A stretch of DNA of 64,000 bases from Vicugna vicugna (lineage: Eukaryota), in NCBI GenBank assembly GCA_013265495.1, contig MU061579.1, positions 3,717,319 to 3,781,318 on the forward strand, read 5' to 3'. The notes beneath the pieces were generated by a model. It was given only the letters and a program-made list of their open reading frames with translations, was not told where the DNA came from and ran no database searches. A program made the translations under genes and the position numbers. Shown one piece after another: positions 37,901-50,634 of the stretch. Every line of letters starts with the position of its first letter. Position 1 is the stretch's first letter.

Positions 37901-38442
37901 TTGCCTAATTTTAGAGGAATAAAAGTTCAATTTTTATTAGCTCTGCCCCAAACGTCAAAAACATTAATTAGATAACATTAGAGAATGAGCTTGGATCCTG
38001 TCTCTGAAATGCTCAGCTATTCCAGAGCAATATTATATAAAGGAAGGTGTATATCTATTTATGTCCCCCGATTCTACAGAGGAGTAATCAGTTTATAAGT
38101 ATGCATATGATAAAAATAATAAAATGTAACTAGATAAAAATTGCCACCAAATATATAGGTCAGGACCAAGGAAATACTTAAAAGGTAGAAAGATAGGCAG
38201 ACTGCCATTCTACTAAGTTATTAAAGTTGAACTTCATGCATGGTTTGATTTTCTGGGAGTTCAAAATTAAATGAAAATCATAGCCAGTAATGACTCTCAA
38301 TATTTTAAGTTAGAAGAAATTTAAATTTCTTACATGAAAACACATTTTTTTTTCCTAGAGCTTGTTGGAAAACTTTTCTTAGTGGTATTCATGCAAGAAA
38401 CAGAACATAAGGAAAAAAAATAGCAATAAAAATAACTGAAAT

Positions 38443-38519
38443 GTGACTGAGGTATTGTGCTGTACACCAGCAACTGACACAACATTGTAAACTGACTGTA
38501 CTTCAATAAAAATATATTA
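38443..38519 (+). mobile_element. Ultra-short (~80 bp) L1 3' end with TSD
   Basis: gtgactgaggtattgtgctgtacaccagcaactgacacaacattgtaaactgactgtacttcaataaaa flanked by aaaaataactgaaat (38428-38442) / aaaaataactaaaat (38520-38534). Confidence 0.88.
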
Positions 38520-38590
38520 AAAAATAACTAAAATTAATTGGTTATTACTATATATAAAACATCATACTATGTTACAGAAATTATATCATT

Positions 38591-38738
38591 TAATTATTAA
38601 TTTAGTTGCATAATTTCTATTTAATGTAATTATTAATTTAGGTTGATAATTTCTATTGTATAAATTTCTATTTTATGAATTTAGTTACATGTTCTATTTT
38701 ATTTAATTATTAATTTAGGTACATAATTTCTATTTTAT
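38591..38738. repeat. AT-rich imperfect minisatellite (~35-bp unit)
   Basis: taattattaatttag...ataatttctatt three times plus two partial units. Confidence 0.85.
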
Positions 38739-41290
38739 TCTTTGTAATTATAAATGAGGAATAAGAGCAAATTTTTCAATTGTTTATCCAATATCACACA
38801 ACTAAAAGTAGTTGAAAGTGGTTTAATATTTTCGTAAATAACATACTCAGCTGCAGTTATATAAGTAACAGAATAGGTTACTGTATTAAGGGATAGAGCA
38901 TTATGTAGGAAAACTAAAGAAACTACAGGGATTGTAAGTGGAGAGGGGCCTAAAGAGTTGATTTGATTAATTAGACTTATTAGATGTCAGGTTTCTTTCC
39001 CCAGTGTAGCTGACTTTGGTGAATGAGAAAGTCTTCTGCTTTCATAGCAGGGTTCTGAAGGGTAAGCTGAACCAGCATGCAGCCCAGAGAAGGTACACAC
39101 AGGGCAATACATTAGTATTTCAGTGCCTTCAGTATTAAGGGGAAACTCTCATTATACTGTACCCTCTACTTTTTATTGTTTTGTAGTCAGCATATTAAGA
39201 TTTAGAGTGCCAACACCATGGTATGAGTCTTCCGAAAAGGAGGCAACAAGTAGGCAACTCAATCTTCTGGAATTCTAAGGACTAGTCAAAAGATTTCAAA
39301 TGAATCATCTTTCATCTACTGGGTCAAACTGTGACCCAACAGAATTCAAGAGGCAAAGGTACTAGTTAAGAGTTTAGACCCAGAATTTTGTCAGCAATAA
39401 AGGGTACTATCTGACAACAAGTGGAATTTGTGGTAGGAAACCCAGAATTTTGGTTGTGTGGTTCAAATAATAAGATTTAATTATCTTGGCATCTGGTGGT
39501 TTCTTTATTTGGAAATGATAAAATACTAGCCATGTGCTAATTCTTCAAGACACCAAGACAAACACATGAAGAAATAAGTAAAATAGGGTGTCTACTAAGA
39601 ACCTTAAGGGAGAAAAAAAAACTTCTGTTGGAATAAATTTAATTTGGGGGGAGAGTTCTAATTTGATTATTATTGAACTGAATCAACAGTTTGGCTACCT
39701 TCTATGGATTACTTCTCTAAGGGTCTTACCATCAAATAGGCCTTTTACCTTTTTGAGCAATTACTGTTCTTCATGGTCAAAAGAGTGTCTTTTCTCTTCT
39801 AACTATGATGTTATCTTTGCTGTACTCTGCAAATTAAAGAACATTAGGTTGGGTGAACCAACAAATGTTGAAGGGTAAAAAAATTGTTCTGCATTTGATG
39901 GGATTTAGATGTGCTATAAGTTCTAAAGTCAATTACAACTTTCTAAAATTCATAGGCATCAGAGTCTCTGGATATTTGATGACAAATATTGATTTAATTT
40001 TGGAAGGATAGACATATTTTTACCTCATTGAAATACAGTGATTTCATTACCAGGTATAGTTTACTGTAGAGAACCATTAGTGTGTCAAGACAATTTCATC
40101 AAAATAAAATTACAAGGCTAGAAACTCTTTTTGTGTGTCAAAATGGACTACTGATATTTCCTATCCCAAGTGGATTATCCAGAATTCCTAATGTAGCCCA
40201 TCCCTTATTACAAACATTTGATTTAAAAACAAATCCTTCATCTGATTATTATCTGTAATAACCTGCCATTTACAGAGTCAATTGCTGCCACAAATGCCGC
40301 CTTCTATCAAAATTAGTTTTTGAGGACATCTAACCAGAACTTACTGCTCTTCAAAGCGTTTTCACATCTACCAAAGTAACTAATCCACTTTGGGTATAGA
40401 TACAGATTTAATTATCTGCTTAATTATCTATTCTTTTGAGACTTAGAAAACATAAGAAAGCCCAGAAATCAGATTCAGAAAGACTCATAGTTCATGACTT
40501 ATATGAAAATTACATGGTAGGTAAAATTATTTAGGTTAGAAAACTGAGAATTTAAATGACTCTCTCTGACATAAATTTTTATAGGAAATGTTCTGAGTTT
40601 TAGATAACTTATTCAAGTATGAAAATTTGAAAAATGTTCTATTAATCATAGCTACAATGTCTTCTTCAAACTTCTGCAGAAATTTTGTGAGAGCAAGTCA
40701 TGATAAAACACACTTTACAATAGTACTATGATTAAATTTGAATTTTTATCTCCAAACATTGTACTGTTATAGATATTTGCGAGCATTACAGTAAATTGAA
40801 TCAGGGTGTTAAATTAGAGGAGCTTGATAGATAAATTATCCTTTGATTATAATGTGTTTTTTTCCACACTGGGATGTGCTTAATGCACATCTAAATAGGG
40901 ATATAGATAACTGATGATTCTTGTCAGTATGGCAACTTGAGCCTAGATGTTAATAATATAACATAGAGAGATGATGTGATACAAAGGCTCTAAGGAGAAA
41001 GAAGACAAAGAGTATAAAACTTTAAAAATAAAGGCAAGGATTTTTTGTTTGATGGTGAAAGGTGCAAAATAGAAAAAGAAAGTCTCAGAGGAAGAAAATA
41101 ATTACATTTTATTCTTCTCCTTCATAAAAACTATGTTAGTGACCTTTACAGTAGTGTAACAAGTAGACAACACAACCAAAAATGCACTCAAGAAAGCTGA
41201 ATGATCCACAAGTCACAAAGAAGACACTGGGAAGCACTGTAGCAGGTGCCGGATCCAAGGGCTTTACAAGAAGCCATAGCTGCAAATGAC

Positions 41291-41807
41291 TGTGATGGTT
41301 AGTTTTATATGTTACTTTGACTGAAGTAAGAGATGACCAGATAGCCAGTAAGACATTATTTCTGGGTGTGTCTGTGAGGGTGTTTTCTGTTGAGATCAGC
41401 AGTTGATTCAGTAGACTCATGAAGAAATGTGCTCTCATCAATGTGGGCAGGCATCATCCAACCTGTTGGGGGCCTGAATGGAACACAAAGGTGTAGGATG
41501 GGTGAATTCTTGCTCTCTTTTGGTACTGGGAAGTCCATCTTCTCCTGTGCTTCAATCACTTGGTGATCCAGAACTGGGGGTTGGTCTTGGACAAGGAGTT
41601 ACACCAATGGTTTTCCTGTCCTCAGGCCATCAGAATCAAACTGAATTATACTGAATTGCTTTCCTGGTTCTCCAACTTGCAGACACCACATTGTGGTGCT
41701 TCTCAACCTCCATAATTGTGTGAGTCACATCCTATAATAAATCTCTTGTATCTATCTATCTATCTATCCACTTTCTTCTGTTTCTCTGGAGAACCTTGAC
41801 TAATACA
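41291..41807 (+). mobile_element. MLT2-type ERVL solo LTR
   Basis: tgtgatggttagttttatatg...ctggagaaccttgactaataca; 5-bp TSD atgac / atgcc; internal (TATC)n at ~41749-41768. Confidence 0.93.
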
Positions 41808-41964
41808 ATGCCTAAGCTTAAGTCTAAGTAAAAAAACACTTAAAAGTTGAGGACCTTGATAGTGTTGGAAGTGTTTTTTTTTTCTGTGTGATATCTCTAA
41901 TTTGATGTTTAGGTAGATTTTCTATTAAATATAGTTATCATAAACAATGAAAAAAATTTTGAGT

Positions 41965-43315
41965 AAAATTGTCTATGTTTGCAGATGGCATGATCTTATA
42001 TGTAAGAAACTCTGAAGATTCCACCAAAAAAACCTTGTTAGAACTAATAAATTTAGTCAAGTAGCAAGATACAAGATTGACACAAAAATCATTTGAATTT
42101 CTACAGACTAGCAATGAACTATCAAGAGAAATTTAAAAAGAAATTCTATTTAGCATCAAAACCAATAAAATACTAAGGAATACATTTACCCAAGAAGGTG
42201 AAAGATCTATGCACTGAAAACTATAAGATATTGATGAAAGAAATAGAAAAAGACACAAATCAAGTAAAAATGTCTATTCTACCCAAAGCAATCTACAGAC
42301 TCAATGCAATTCCTATCAAAATCCCAATGTCTTTTCCACATGGAACCACAACAGACTCTGTATACCCAAGGCAGCCTAGTAAAAGAACAAACCTGTGAGT
42401 ATCACGTCCTGATTTCACACAAAGAGATAATAATCGAAACAGGATTGTACTGGCATAAAAACGGACACATAGATCAATGGAACAAAATAGAAAGTCCAAA
42501 AGTAAATACACATATTTGTGGTCAGCATCTCTGACAAGAGTTCCAAGAGCACACAACAGGGTAAAGATAGTCTCTTCAGCACATGGGATTGGAAAACCTG
42601 ATAGCCACATGCAAAAGAATGAACCTGGACCCTGACTTTACATCACTCAGAAAATTAACACAAATTGGATTAAATAATTAAATGAAAGACATGAAAATAT
42701 AAAACTGCCAGATGAAAATATAAGGAAAAGTCTTATTGACATTGGTCTTGGTATTTATTTTTAAAATATGACACCAAAAAATACGAAAATATGAAAGTGG
42801 GATTGTATTAAACTAAAAAAAAGTCTGCACATCAAAGGAAATAATCAACAAAACGAAAAGTAACTTACAGAGTGGGAGAAACTATTTGCAAACCATATAT
42901 TTGATAAGAGGATAAAATTTAAAATATATGAGGAATTCATACAACCCAGTAGCAAACAATAATAATAATAACCTGATTTTAAAATGGGTGAAATATCAAA
43001 ACAGACATTTTTTCAAAAGACACCCAAATGACCGATAGGTACATGAAAAGGTGTTAAACCTTACTAAATATCAAGGAATGCAAGTCAAAACCACAATGAG
43101 ATATCACTTCACAACTGTTAGGATGGCTATCACTAAAAAGTCAAAGGATAACGAATGTTGGTGATAATGTGGAGAAAAGGCAACCCTTGTGCACAGTTGG
43201 TGGAAACGTCAGCTGGGGCAGTTACTATGGAAAACAGTATATAGGGTCCTCAAAATATTAAAAATAGACTACCATATGATCTAGAAATCCCGTTTCTGAG
43301 TAGATAGCCCAAGGA
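41965..43315 (+). mobile_element. Old L1 ORF2 internal fragment with several deletions
   Basis: Starts at tttgcagatggcatgatc (FAD.M); [33 protein letters not shown]; ends near ccatatgatctagaaatccc. Confidence 0.92.
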
Positions 43316-43520
43316 TAGGCTGGGAGACTAAGTCTGTCTAAGGGTAAAACTGAGTATGTTATTTGAACACATGATAAATGCTAGATGTGTCAAGTATCAG
43401 TTTTCACAAGAACTGAAAGAAGAATTTGCACAATTCATGAAGTAACTTGTTCAGGTATTGGCATTAACTTTGCAGTATCTTTTCATTTCTTTTTAATCAT
43501 GAGACATCATACAAGAAAAT

Positions 43521-43586
43521 ATGTGTGTGTATGTGTGTGCATTTGTGTGTGTGTGCGCATGCATGCATGCACACGCACATGCATGC
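43521..43586. repeat. Alternating purine-pyrimidine tract (TG/GCAT/CA)
   Basis: atgtgtgtgtatgtgtgtgc...gtgtgcgcatgcatgcatgcacacgcacatgcatgc. Confidence 0.9.
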
Positions 43587-43594
43587 TGGGCATT

Positions 43595-43950
43595 TAAAAA
43601 TAATTATAAAGGAGACACCTGTGTGGTTATCACTCATGTCAAGAGAGAATCACCAGACTCTGAAAAGCCCACTGTGGGTGCCCTTCTCCAAAGGCAATCC
43701 TCTCCCTGTCCCCTAGGGATCACCCCACTGTCCTAACGTTCATAATAAACATTTTCTAGCTCTCCCATATAGTTTACCAACTGTGACTGCCTACACAACT
43801 ATTACAGTTTAATTCTGCCATCTTCGTATTATATAATTGGAACCATACTGTGATTGTGCTTTATGCCTTGCTTTTTTCCATCAAATGTGAGGTTTATGAG
43901 CTGTGTCCCTTACTTTCCCGATGGAACTAATCTTTCGATTTTCAATTCCT
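43595..43950 (-). mobile_element. Ancient L1 (L1ME/MC-like) 3' region
   Basis: acacctgtgtggttatcactcatgtcaag...ccactgtcctaac...ttatataattggaaccatactg...ttgcttttttcc. Confidence 0.6.
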
Positions 43951-43997
43951 GCTGTGCGTTAACTTTTCTGCCTGTGAGTAATTTCTAAGAATCTTCA

Positions 43998-44400
43998 TTT
44001 TTTTTTACTGTGGTAAGAACACCTAGCATAAGATCTACCTTCTTAAATTAAGTGTGCAACGCAGTATTGTTAACCATAGGCGCAATGCTGTATCCAGACC
44101 TCTAGCCATTGTTCATCTTGCATAACTGAAACTTTATACCCATTTAATAGGAACTCCTCATTTTCCCCTCGCTCCCCTGGTAATCACCATTCTATTCTGC
44201 TTCTAGGAGTCTGACTATTTCAGGTTCCAGATATAAATAGCATCATATAGTATCTGTCCCCCTGTGACCAAGTTATTTCACTTAATATTATGTTCTCAAA
44301 GCTCATCTATACTCTGACATATTGAAAAATGCCCTTCTTTTTTAAGACTAAATAATAATCCATTGTATGTATAGATCATCTTTTCTTTACCCATTCACTT
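43998..44400 (-). mobile_element. L1MA9-like 3' end
   Basis: ttttactgtggtaagaacacctagcataagatctacc...tcatcttgcataactgaaactttataccc. Confidence 0.85.
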
Positions 44401-46362
44401 GACACTGTCAGCATTTCTTTCCCTCTTTGATTTACTGTTTGCATTTGAATTGTCTTTGATCTGTCTGATAACTATTCTCTAAGTTCTCCACTTCTTCCTT
44501 TTCTTTTTTTGGCTACTACATAATTTCTCAACACACGTATTCATAAATCTCTTCAATGAAGCCACCATATCAGTTTCTAAAGTCATTTTAATTATAATCT
44601 AATCCTTACAAACATAATTATAACCTTCTCTCATCACTTTATTTTTCCTTTCTTGCTTTTCCTTTTCTTCTTGCATACAGAATAATTTGAGACTGAGTAT
44701 ATTTGGGTAACCATAAAAGTAGTGAGTAGAATAACTCTTATAAAGTGATTAGCAGGGAATCTATAAATAATACATTGTTTAATACGTATCTTTCTGTGTT
44801 TGCATTCTTAGCTCATAAAAAATGAGAGAAATCAATACATAACATAAAACTAAAGTATCCAATTTGTATACCTTAAATATTCCATATAGTGAAGATAATT
44901 ACAGTTAATGAATTAAATTTCTTTTTAAGCCTATGTGCCACGGCAATACAATTGTTCTCTTTAAATAGCCAAAGCTTGAAACAATGGAGACAATGCAGAC
45001 TATGATTGGGTGAATTGAGTTGATTCTCATCCACTTTGCCCATCTGGGCTCTACAATTAGTGCCTTTCTTTCAATATCCTACGTGTTATGCTTTCAATGT
45101 TTTTTCAAATAAAAAGGAGTAATTCATAGTTTGTGCTTGGAGGCTGTGATTTCAGAAGTATGTTAAATATATGATTCTTGAACAGTGGAATAAAGTTAAT
45201 TGCACTATTGGAATTTTGCATAACTCTATCACAAAATTAGAAAAGTGTTTGTTGTTTGTTCTTTTTGTTTTTGGCAGTATTAACAAATCTTGAAAAGATT
45301 TGCTTCAGATCAAAAAAAGTTTAGCTTTTCCTTTTTTTCCCCATATACTTCTTTGTTATTATTCTGTTTGGCAAAAATAAATGTGCAGTATTTCATGAAA
45401 TCAAGTTGGGCCCCATGATGGTGCTAGTGCAAGGTGTCTAGAGGATTTAGCATATGTCACCCCATATGTCCTTTATGTATTTTCCATTCTAAGTGCACTG
45501 GGATGAATCGTATCCCTTGAAGAGTGTGATACAGTTCCTGTTATTCAGGAAGCCTGTGTGGGTTTGACAGTGCAGGTCTGGCAGGTAAGGGGAGGAGAAT
45601 TGCTGGTGTTTAGTGAGAAATATCTGAGAGTAAGCCAAACTGCAATTCTTTTGTTTTTCTTCCCTTTTCCTTACTTTCTAGCAGACACATAATCTACTTA
45701 TTGTAATAGCACTGTAATATATTTCATAATATGTGAAAGTAAATCCATGCATTTTAAAAAACTGGATTTAAATCACTTTTTAGTATCTAAAACTAACATT
45801 TTAATTCTACTATACTTTCTGCTAGAAATAAGTGTCTAAAGGGTAACAATAAAACAAGACAAAATCTGTTGTTAATTACAATCATAAAACTTATGTAAGC
45901 CTTTATATTTCCCATATATCTCAATAAATAGATTACAGTATTATCTAAACATAATTAATACTGTAAATACTGGCTTGTAATCTGTAGGATTACCTATAAT
46001 AATATGTTTTAATATGTCTTTGTTCAATGAACAAAATTATTTTATAATGTGGAAGTAATTAAATCCAATTCTCTTCTTCATCAATAAATAAGCATTTAAT
46101 GAGTGCTATCCTGGAAACAGGAGCTGTAGATGAGCTCAGAACTTTCCTTCATATTTAGGTAGCATCAATCCTCAGGTATGAGTGCTATATGTGGACTATA
46201 GACTGTCTTTTTTCTGCACTGTTTCTGGAAGCCATGTCTTGTGGATACTGAGTGTTAGACTCACACAAAATTCAGGGATGAATAGAATCCTCTAACTTTA
46301 CTTCTCCATATTATTGACACTTCTTGTCCCTGAAAAAAATTATTCTAAAAAACTAAACTGTT

Positions 46363-46460
46363 GGAAAGAAGGAAGGAAAGAAGGAAGGAAGGAAAGGAGG
46401 GAGGGAAAAGATGAAGGAAGGGAGGAAGGAGGAAAGGAAGGGAGGAAAATGGAAGAAGGA
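46363..46460. repeat. (GGAA)n-type purine microsatellite
   Basis: ggaaagaaggaaggaaagaaggaaggaaggaaaggagggaggg read directly. Confidence 0.95.
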
Positions 46461-46945
46461 ATTTGACATTAAACAAGTTAATAAGTTTTATAAATTCTGC
46501 CTAAAGTTAATTGATATAATAAAACTTAAAAAAGAAAAGTAGAAAAAAAAATATACTGACCTTAAAAGTTTTATTTAGCCTTTTTCCCTTCTCTGTCTCT
46601 TCCTTTCTCAAACTCCTTCAACTTTTTTCAATACACAATTTATCAACAAGAGACATTTTAAAATGTCCATGTCATCAAAATATTCTCCCTGGCACTACTC
46701 AGATGAAACTTTGCAAAGAGACAGAAAAGCCAGTTAGATTCATTCTGTTTACGCTTTGTTAAGGAGCATAATTATTTGAGTTAATTTTGTGCACATGAAA
46801 AATGGTTTACAAATGAGAAGGATTGATAGGCAGTTCTTGTGGGGGAGGTATTTCTGCCTGAATTTTACTTACTGTTCTATTGAAATTTAACATCTGACCT
46901 ACATGAAAATAAATTGGATTATGGTTATGCATGGGACTCAGTCTT

Positions 46946-47467
46946 AAGCAACCTAAATGTCCATTGACAGATGACTGAATAAAGAAGATGTGTATATAAA
47001 TACAAAGGACTATTACTTAGTCATCAAAAAGAATGAAATAATGGCATTTGCAGCAACATGGATGGACCTTGAGATTAATATACTAAGTGAAGCAAGTCAG
47101 AGAGAGAAAGACAAATATCATATGATATCACTTATATGTAGAACCTAAAAAATGATACAAAGGAACTTATTTACAAAATGGAAACAGACTCACAGACCTA
47201 AAAATAAACTTATGGTTACCAAAGGGGAAATGGGGGAGGGAGAAATAAATTAGGACTTTGGGATTAGTATATACACACTACTATATATAAAATAGATAAA
47301 CAACAAGGTCCTACTGTAGAGCACTGTAGGGAACTATATTTAGTATCTTGTAATTACCTATAATGGAAAGAATCTAAAAAATAATATAAAGATGTATAAC
47401 TGAATCACTGTGCTATACACCAGAAATTAACACAACATTGGAAATCAACTATACTTTAATAAAAAAG
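46946..47467 (+). mobile_element. 5'-truncated L1 (ORF2 tail and 3'UTR), older artiodactyl type
   Basis: aagcaacctaaatgtccattgacagatgactg...aacaacaaggtcctactgtagagc...aactatactttaataaaaaa. Confidence 0.93.
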
Positions 47468-49887
47468 AGGAAAAGAAATGCTCATTTAATAATTTCACAT
47501 ATGGATCATATTTATGTAAAAGTTTAAGCCTAAGTACAAATGAAGCAATCAAAAATGTACATTGGGTGGCTGAGCCACATATTTTATTTATTTATTTATT
47601 CAATCCTTTATTATCTTTGTAGGCAGAAATTCCTTTTTCTGACAGCCAAAATGTAAAAATAACATCTGTCAGAAAAGGTAGTAGAGGAGCCTATGAGAAA
47701 CTATGGAAAGAAGGAGGTCAGTGAAGGTAAATCACGGGAGATGAGGTGAGACTGGGTCATAATAATGATGGGGCAGGATGAAAACATGGAGGAAATGCTT
47801 TGGGACATGACCAGGGCAGCAAGGGCATCAGATCGCTGCCATTTTGTCAGTCTGCACTTTTCTCTCTGTCCTTTGCTGTGCTTGAAACATCCTTATTTTT
47901 GACAATTGACTTCTCAGTTATTCTCCTTTTTTAAGTATCAATAGAAAAATTTTTTAGTACATGCTTTACCATCTTTTTGGCTTCTAACACCCGCCTTGAA
48001 TGTATCCAGCCCTATATTAGACCATTGTTTTCACACAAGTTGTGTGTATTGTGCAAGTACTACTTCTGTGTCTATATATCTTTTCCTTAACTTAGTAACT
48101 AACAAGTAAACAGATCTCACACGTGGTCCTTGTGTGTCATAAATAATATGGTGCACAAACAAAATGGGAATTCATATACAACTTTAAAGATTAATCCTCA
48201 TTTAGGTGCATGTATACAGCATTAAATTATGAATAGTTATGGTTATGGAAAATTATTTCAATTAGGGCATTTTTAATAGTATTCTTTAAATAAGTGAAAA
48301 TTACAAAAAATAAAAAATCAAGTTCTGGTTGCATATACAAAGATGATACTTATTAAGAAATATTATCAAATTATATATCATGACAGTATTTGATTTATAT
48401 TCTACTGTTGTAAAGATCTCGCTCAATCCTCTGTTGACTTTATTAATTGCTTCTCTGAAATATAAGCAGGGGTTTAATAGGTTATTATAGTGCAAGGTCT
48501 TTTTCAAAGTGATTTTGTACTTGTTCATCTCAATTCATCTTGAATTTGTGTTTATCATTTTGGATTTTAATGTGTATCTCTGATTAGATTGGAATGTGTT
48601 TGGTGTTTTAACTGTTCTAGATGATAATTGGCCTTAGCAAGACAGGATCTAAAAATAAAATCAGAAAATCAAATAAATCTCTAGCTCATTATTGTAAGAA
48701 AAAAAAAAGCTCTATTTTTAAAAAGGAGAAGCAATTCAAAACTCCATCGTTCTTTGTGTTCTATCCTTGTATGAACCACAATTTCAGTATGATTTAACGG
48801 TATGTTGTCACTAAAGATATTCACAATACATGGTTTTCCCTAAATTCTTTCTGTTTAGGGACAGTTCCAATGTTTTTGTATTCCACTTTGTTGGATTTAC
48901 CACTTTCCTCTCTGGTTTCTCATTTGGCAGTCAGTCTAATATTTTTCATAAGACTGACTATATTTTGTATCACAGGAAACTACTGGGTCCTGAATGCTCA
49001 AAGATGCATGAAAGTTGTTCATTTTCTTCAAGTTTCTGATGGCCCAATGTCAGATATGTAATCAATGATTATAATAATGTCATGAAAATTGTGGCTGAGG
49101 CTTGTAATAGCTTGCATAATAGGCTTGTGGCATAAAGCTTGTCTGGGGAAGTCCTCCGAGTTATAAGTTCTAGCATAACTCAGCAAGACTCACTCCCTAG
49201 AAAATATATTTTATTAGGATCTTAAATTTTTCCTTTGATTTTTTTCCCTAGTAGTGCAATCCATTTTCATTTATTAATTTAAAATTCATGGCCTTAAATA
49301 TTCGTTATTTGCCCTTCACAAAAATGAATCATGATGTCCTTCTTGTCCTCTCATGTTTAAGTTGTAAGAGAATTCACAGAGGGGAAGGTAAAAAAGAAAG
49401 ATGGATTAATGGTGGGGAACATCAGGCAACAGAGTGGCAGGAATATCCCAGATCCACTCAGAACATACTCACAGAAGTAGCAACCTCAAATCTCAGCTTT
49501 CTGAGCCAATTTCTCTATTGTCTCACTTTGAGCTGAGGTTTCAAGGATAGACAGGACCTAGAGTACACTTAAGATTCTCCACTCCTGAGGTTTATGGTGA
49601 AATTCTAGTTAACTCAGGTTTGGGAAAATATTTATGTCTAATTTTCATAAATGAAGAAGCTGACCTATAATTTTAAATCTGAGCATACATGCTTGTAGGA
49701 ATGTATAGCAGCCTGGCAAAAAGTCAGTTAGGCCAATGTACATCTGGCTTTTGCCATACAATGTACAGCTCTTAATTTATTCAGTGAAACAGTATTTACT
49801 GCATGTTTCTATATGAGCCAGTTACTCTACCATATAACTAAAACAAAATCTCTCTGAAACAAGATTAGACTTCTGTATGAAAGAAAA

Positions 49888-50275
49888 TGTGGTAGATTTT
49901 ATTAATAGCTTTTTTTAAATTCTTTCTGTTATCTATACATTTCATACACAAATTCTCCTTTGACTGGGTTTGGTTGTGTGGTGCGTTTTGGTCAATGTGG
50001 GATTAGCACATGTGACGAAAGCAGGAGCTTGAGGTGTCTTCATGTGCTGCACTAAGGAGAAGTCCACACATTGTCCAAGTAAACTGAAAGACATATGAAG
50101 TATATCTAGACCTAAACTGTAGCTTGGGGCCAAGTTTAAGCTAACCCGAGATTGTCTGACTCCTAGTCCAGTCCATCTTCAGACCTATAAATGAGAATGA
50201 CAATTGTCCCTTTAGGTTGTTGAGTTTGGCTGTGATTTTCTATTGGCATTGCTATTGTAATAATTGACTGATGCA
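49888..50275 (+). mobile_element. MLT1I/J-type MaLR LTR
   Basis: tgtggtagatttt...ttttggtcaatgtgggattagc...aataattgactgatgca. Confidence 0.7.
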
Positions 50276-50634
50276 ATAAAGAAATGTTAAACTCTGAGTT
50301 ACTAAGTGTTGTGACAAAATATGCACAGTCTGGAGCAAAAAGAGAGATTTCCAACTCTTTTTGATAATGTTACAGGCTTGAGAACAGAGACAGCCTCTTA
50401 GCTATTCTTTAAAGAGGAAACTACTCTGCACACAAGGTATGCAGATGAGGAGCATTTTGAACAGAAACAATAGCTTGCAAAAAGTTATAAGAAGTGTGAA
50501 ATTGCATAAAATTCAGAGGACATTAATATTTCTGTATGTCTAGAGTAGACTATGCAAAGTAAAGTAATATGATTAAACAAAACTATAATTAGTTAAATTC
50601 ATATTATTTACTAAAGTCTTGATACTTTACAAAG

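Noticed and set aside
41965..43315. Idea that this L1 fragment is the piece excised from the large L1, since it spans roughly YADD to the Cys motif
   Set aside because: It is far more diverged, overlaps sequence still present on both sides of the 9748 junction and differs there; an older independent element.
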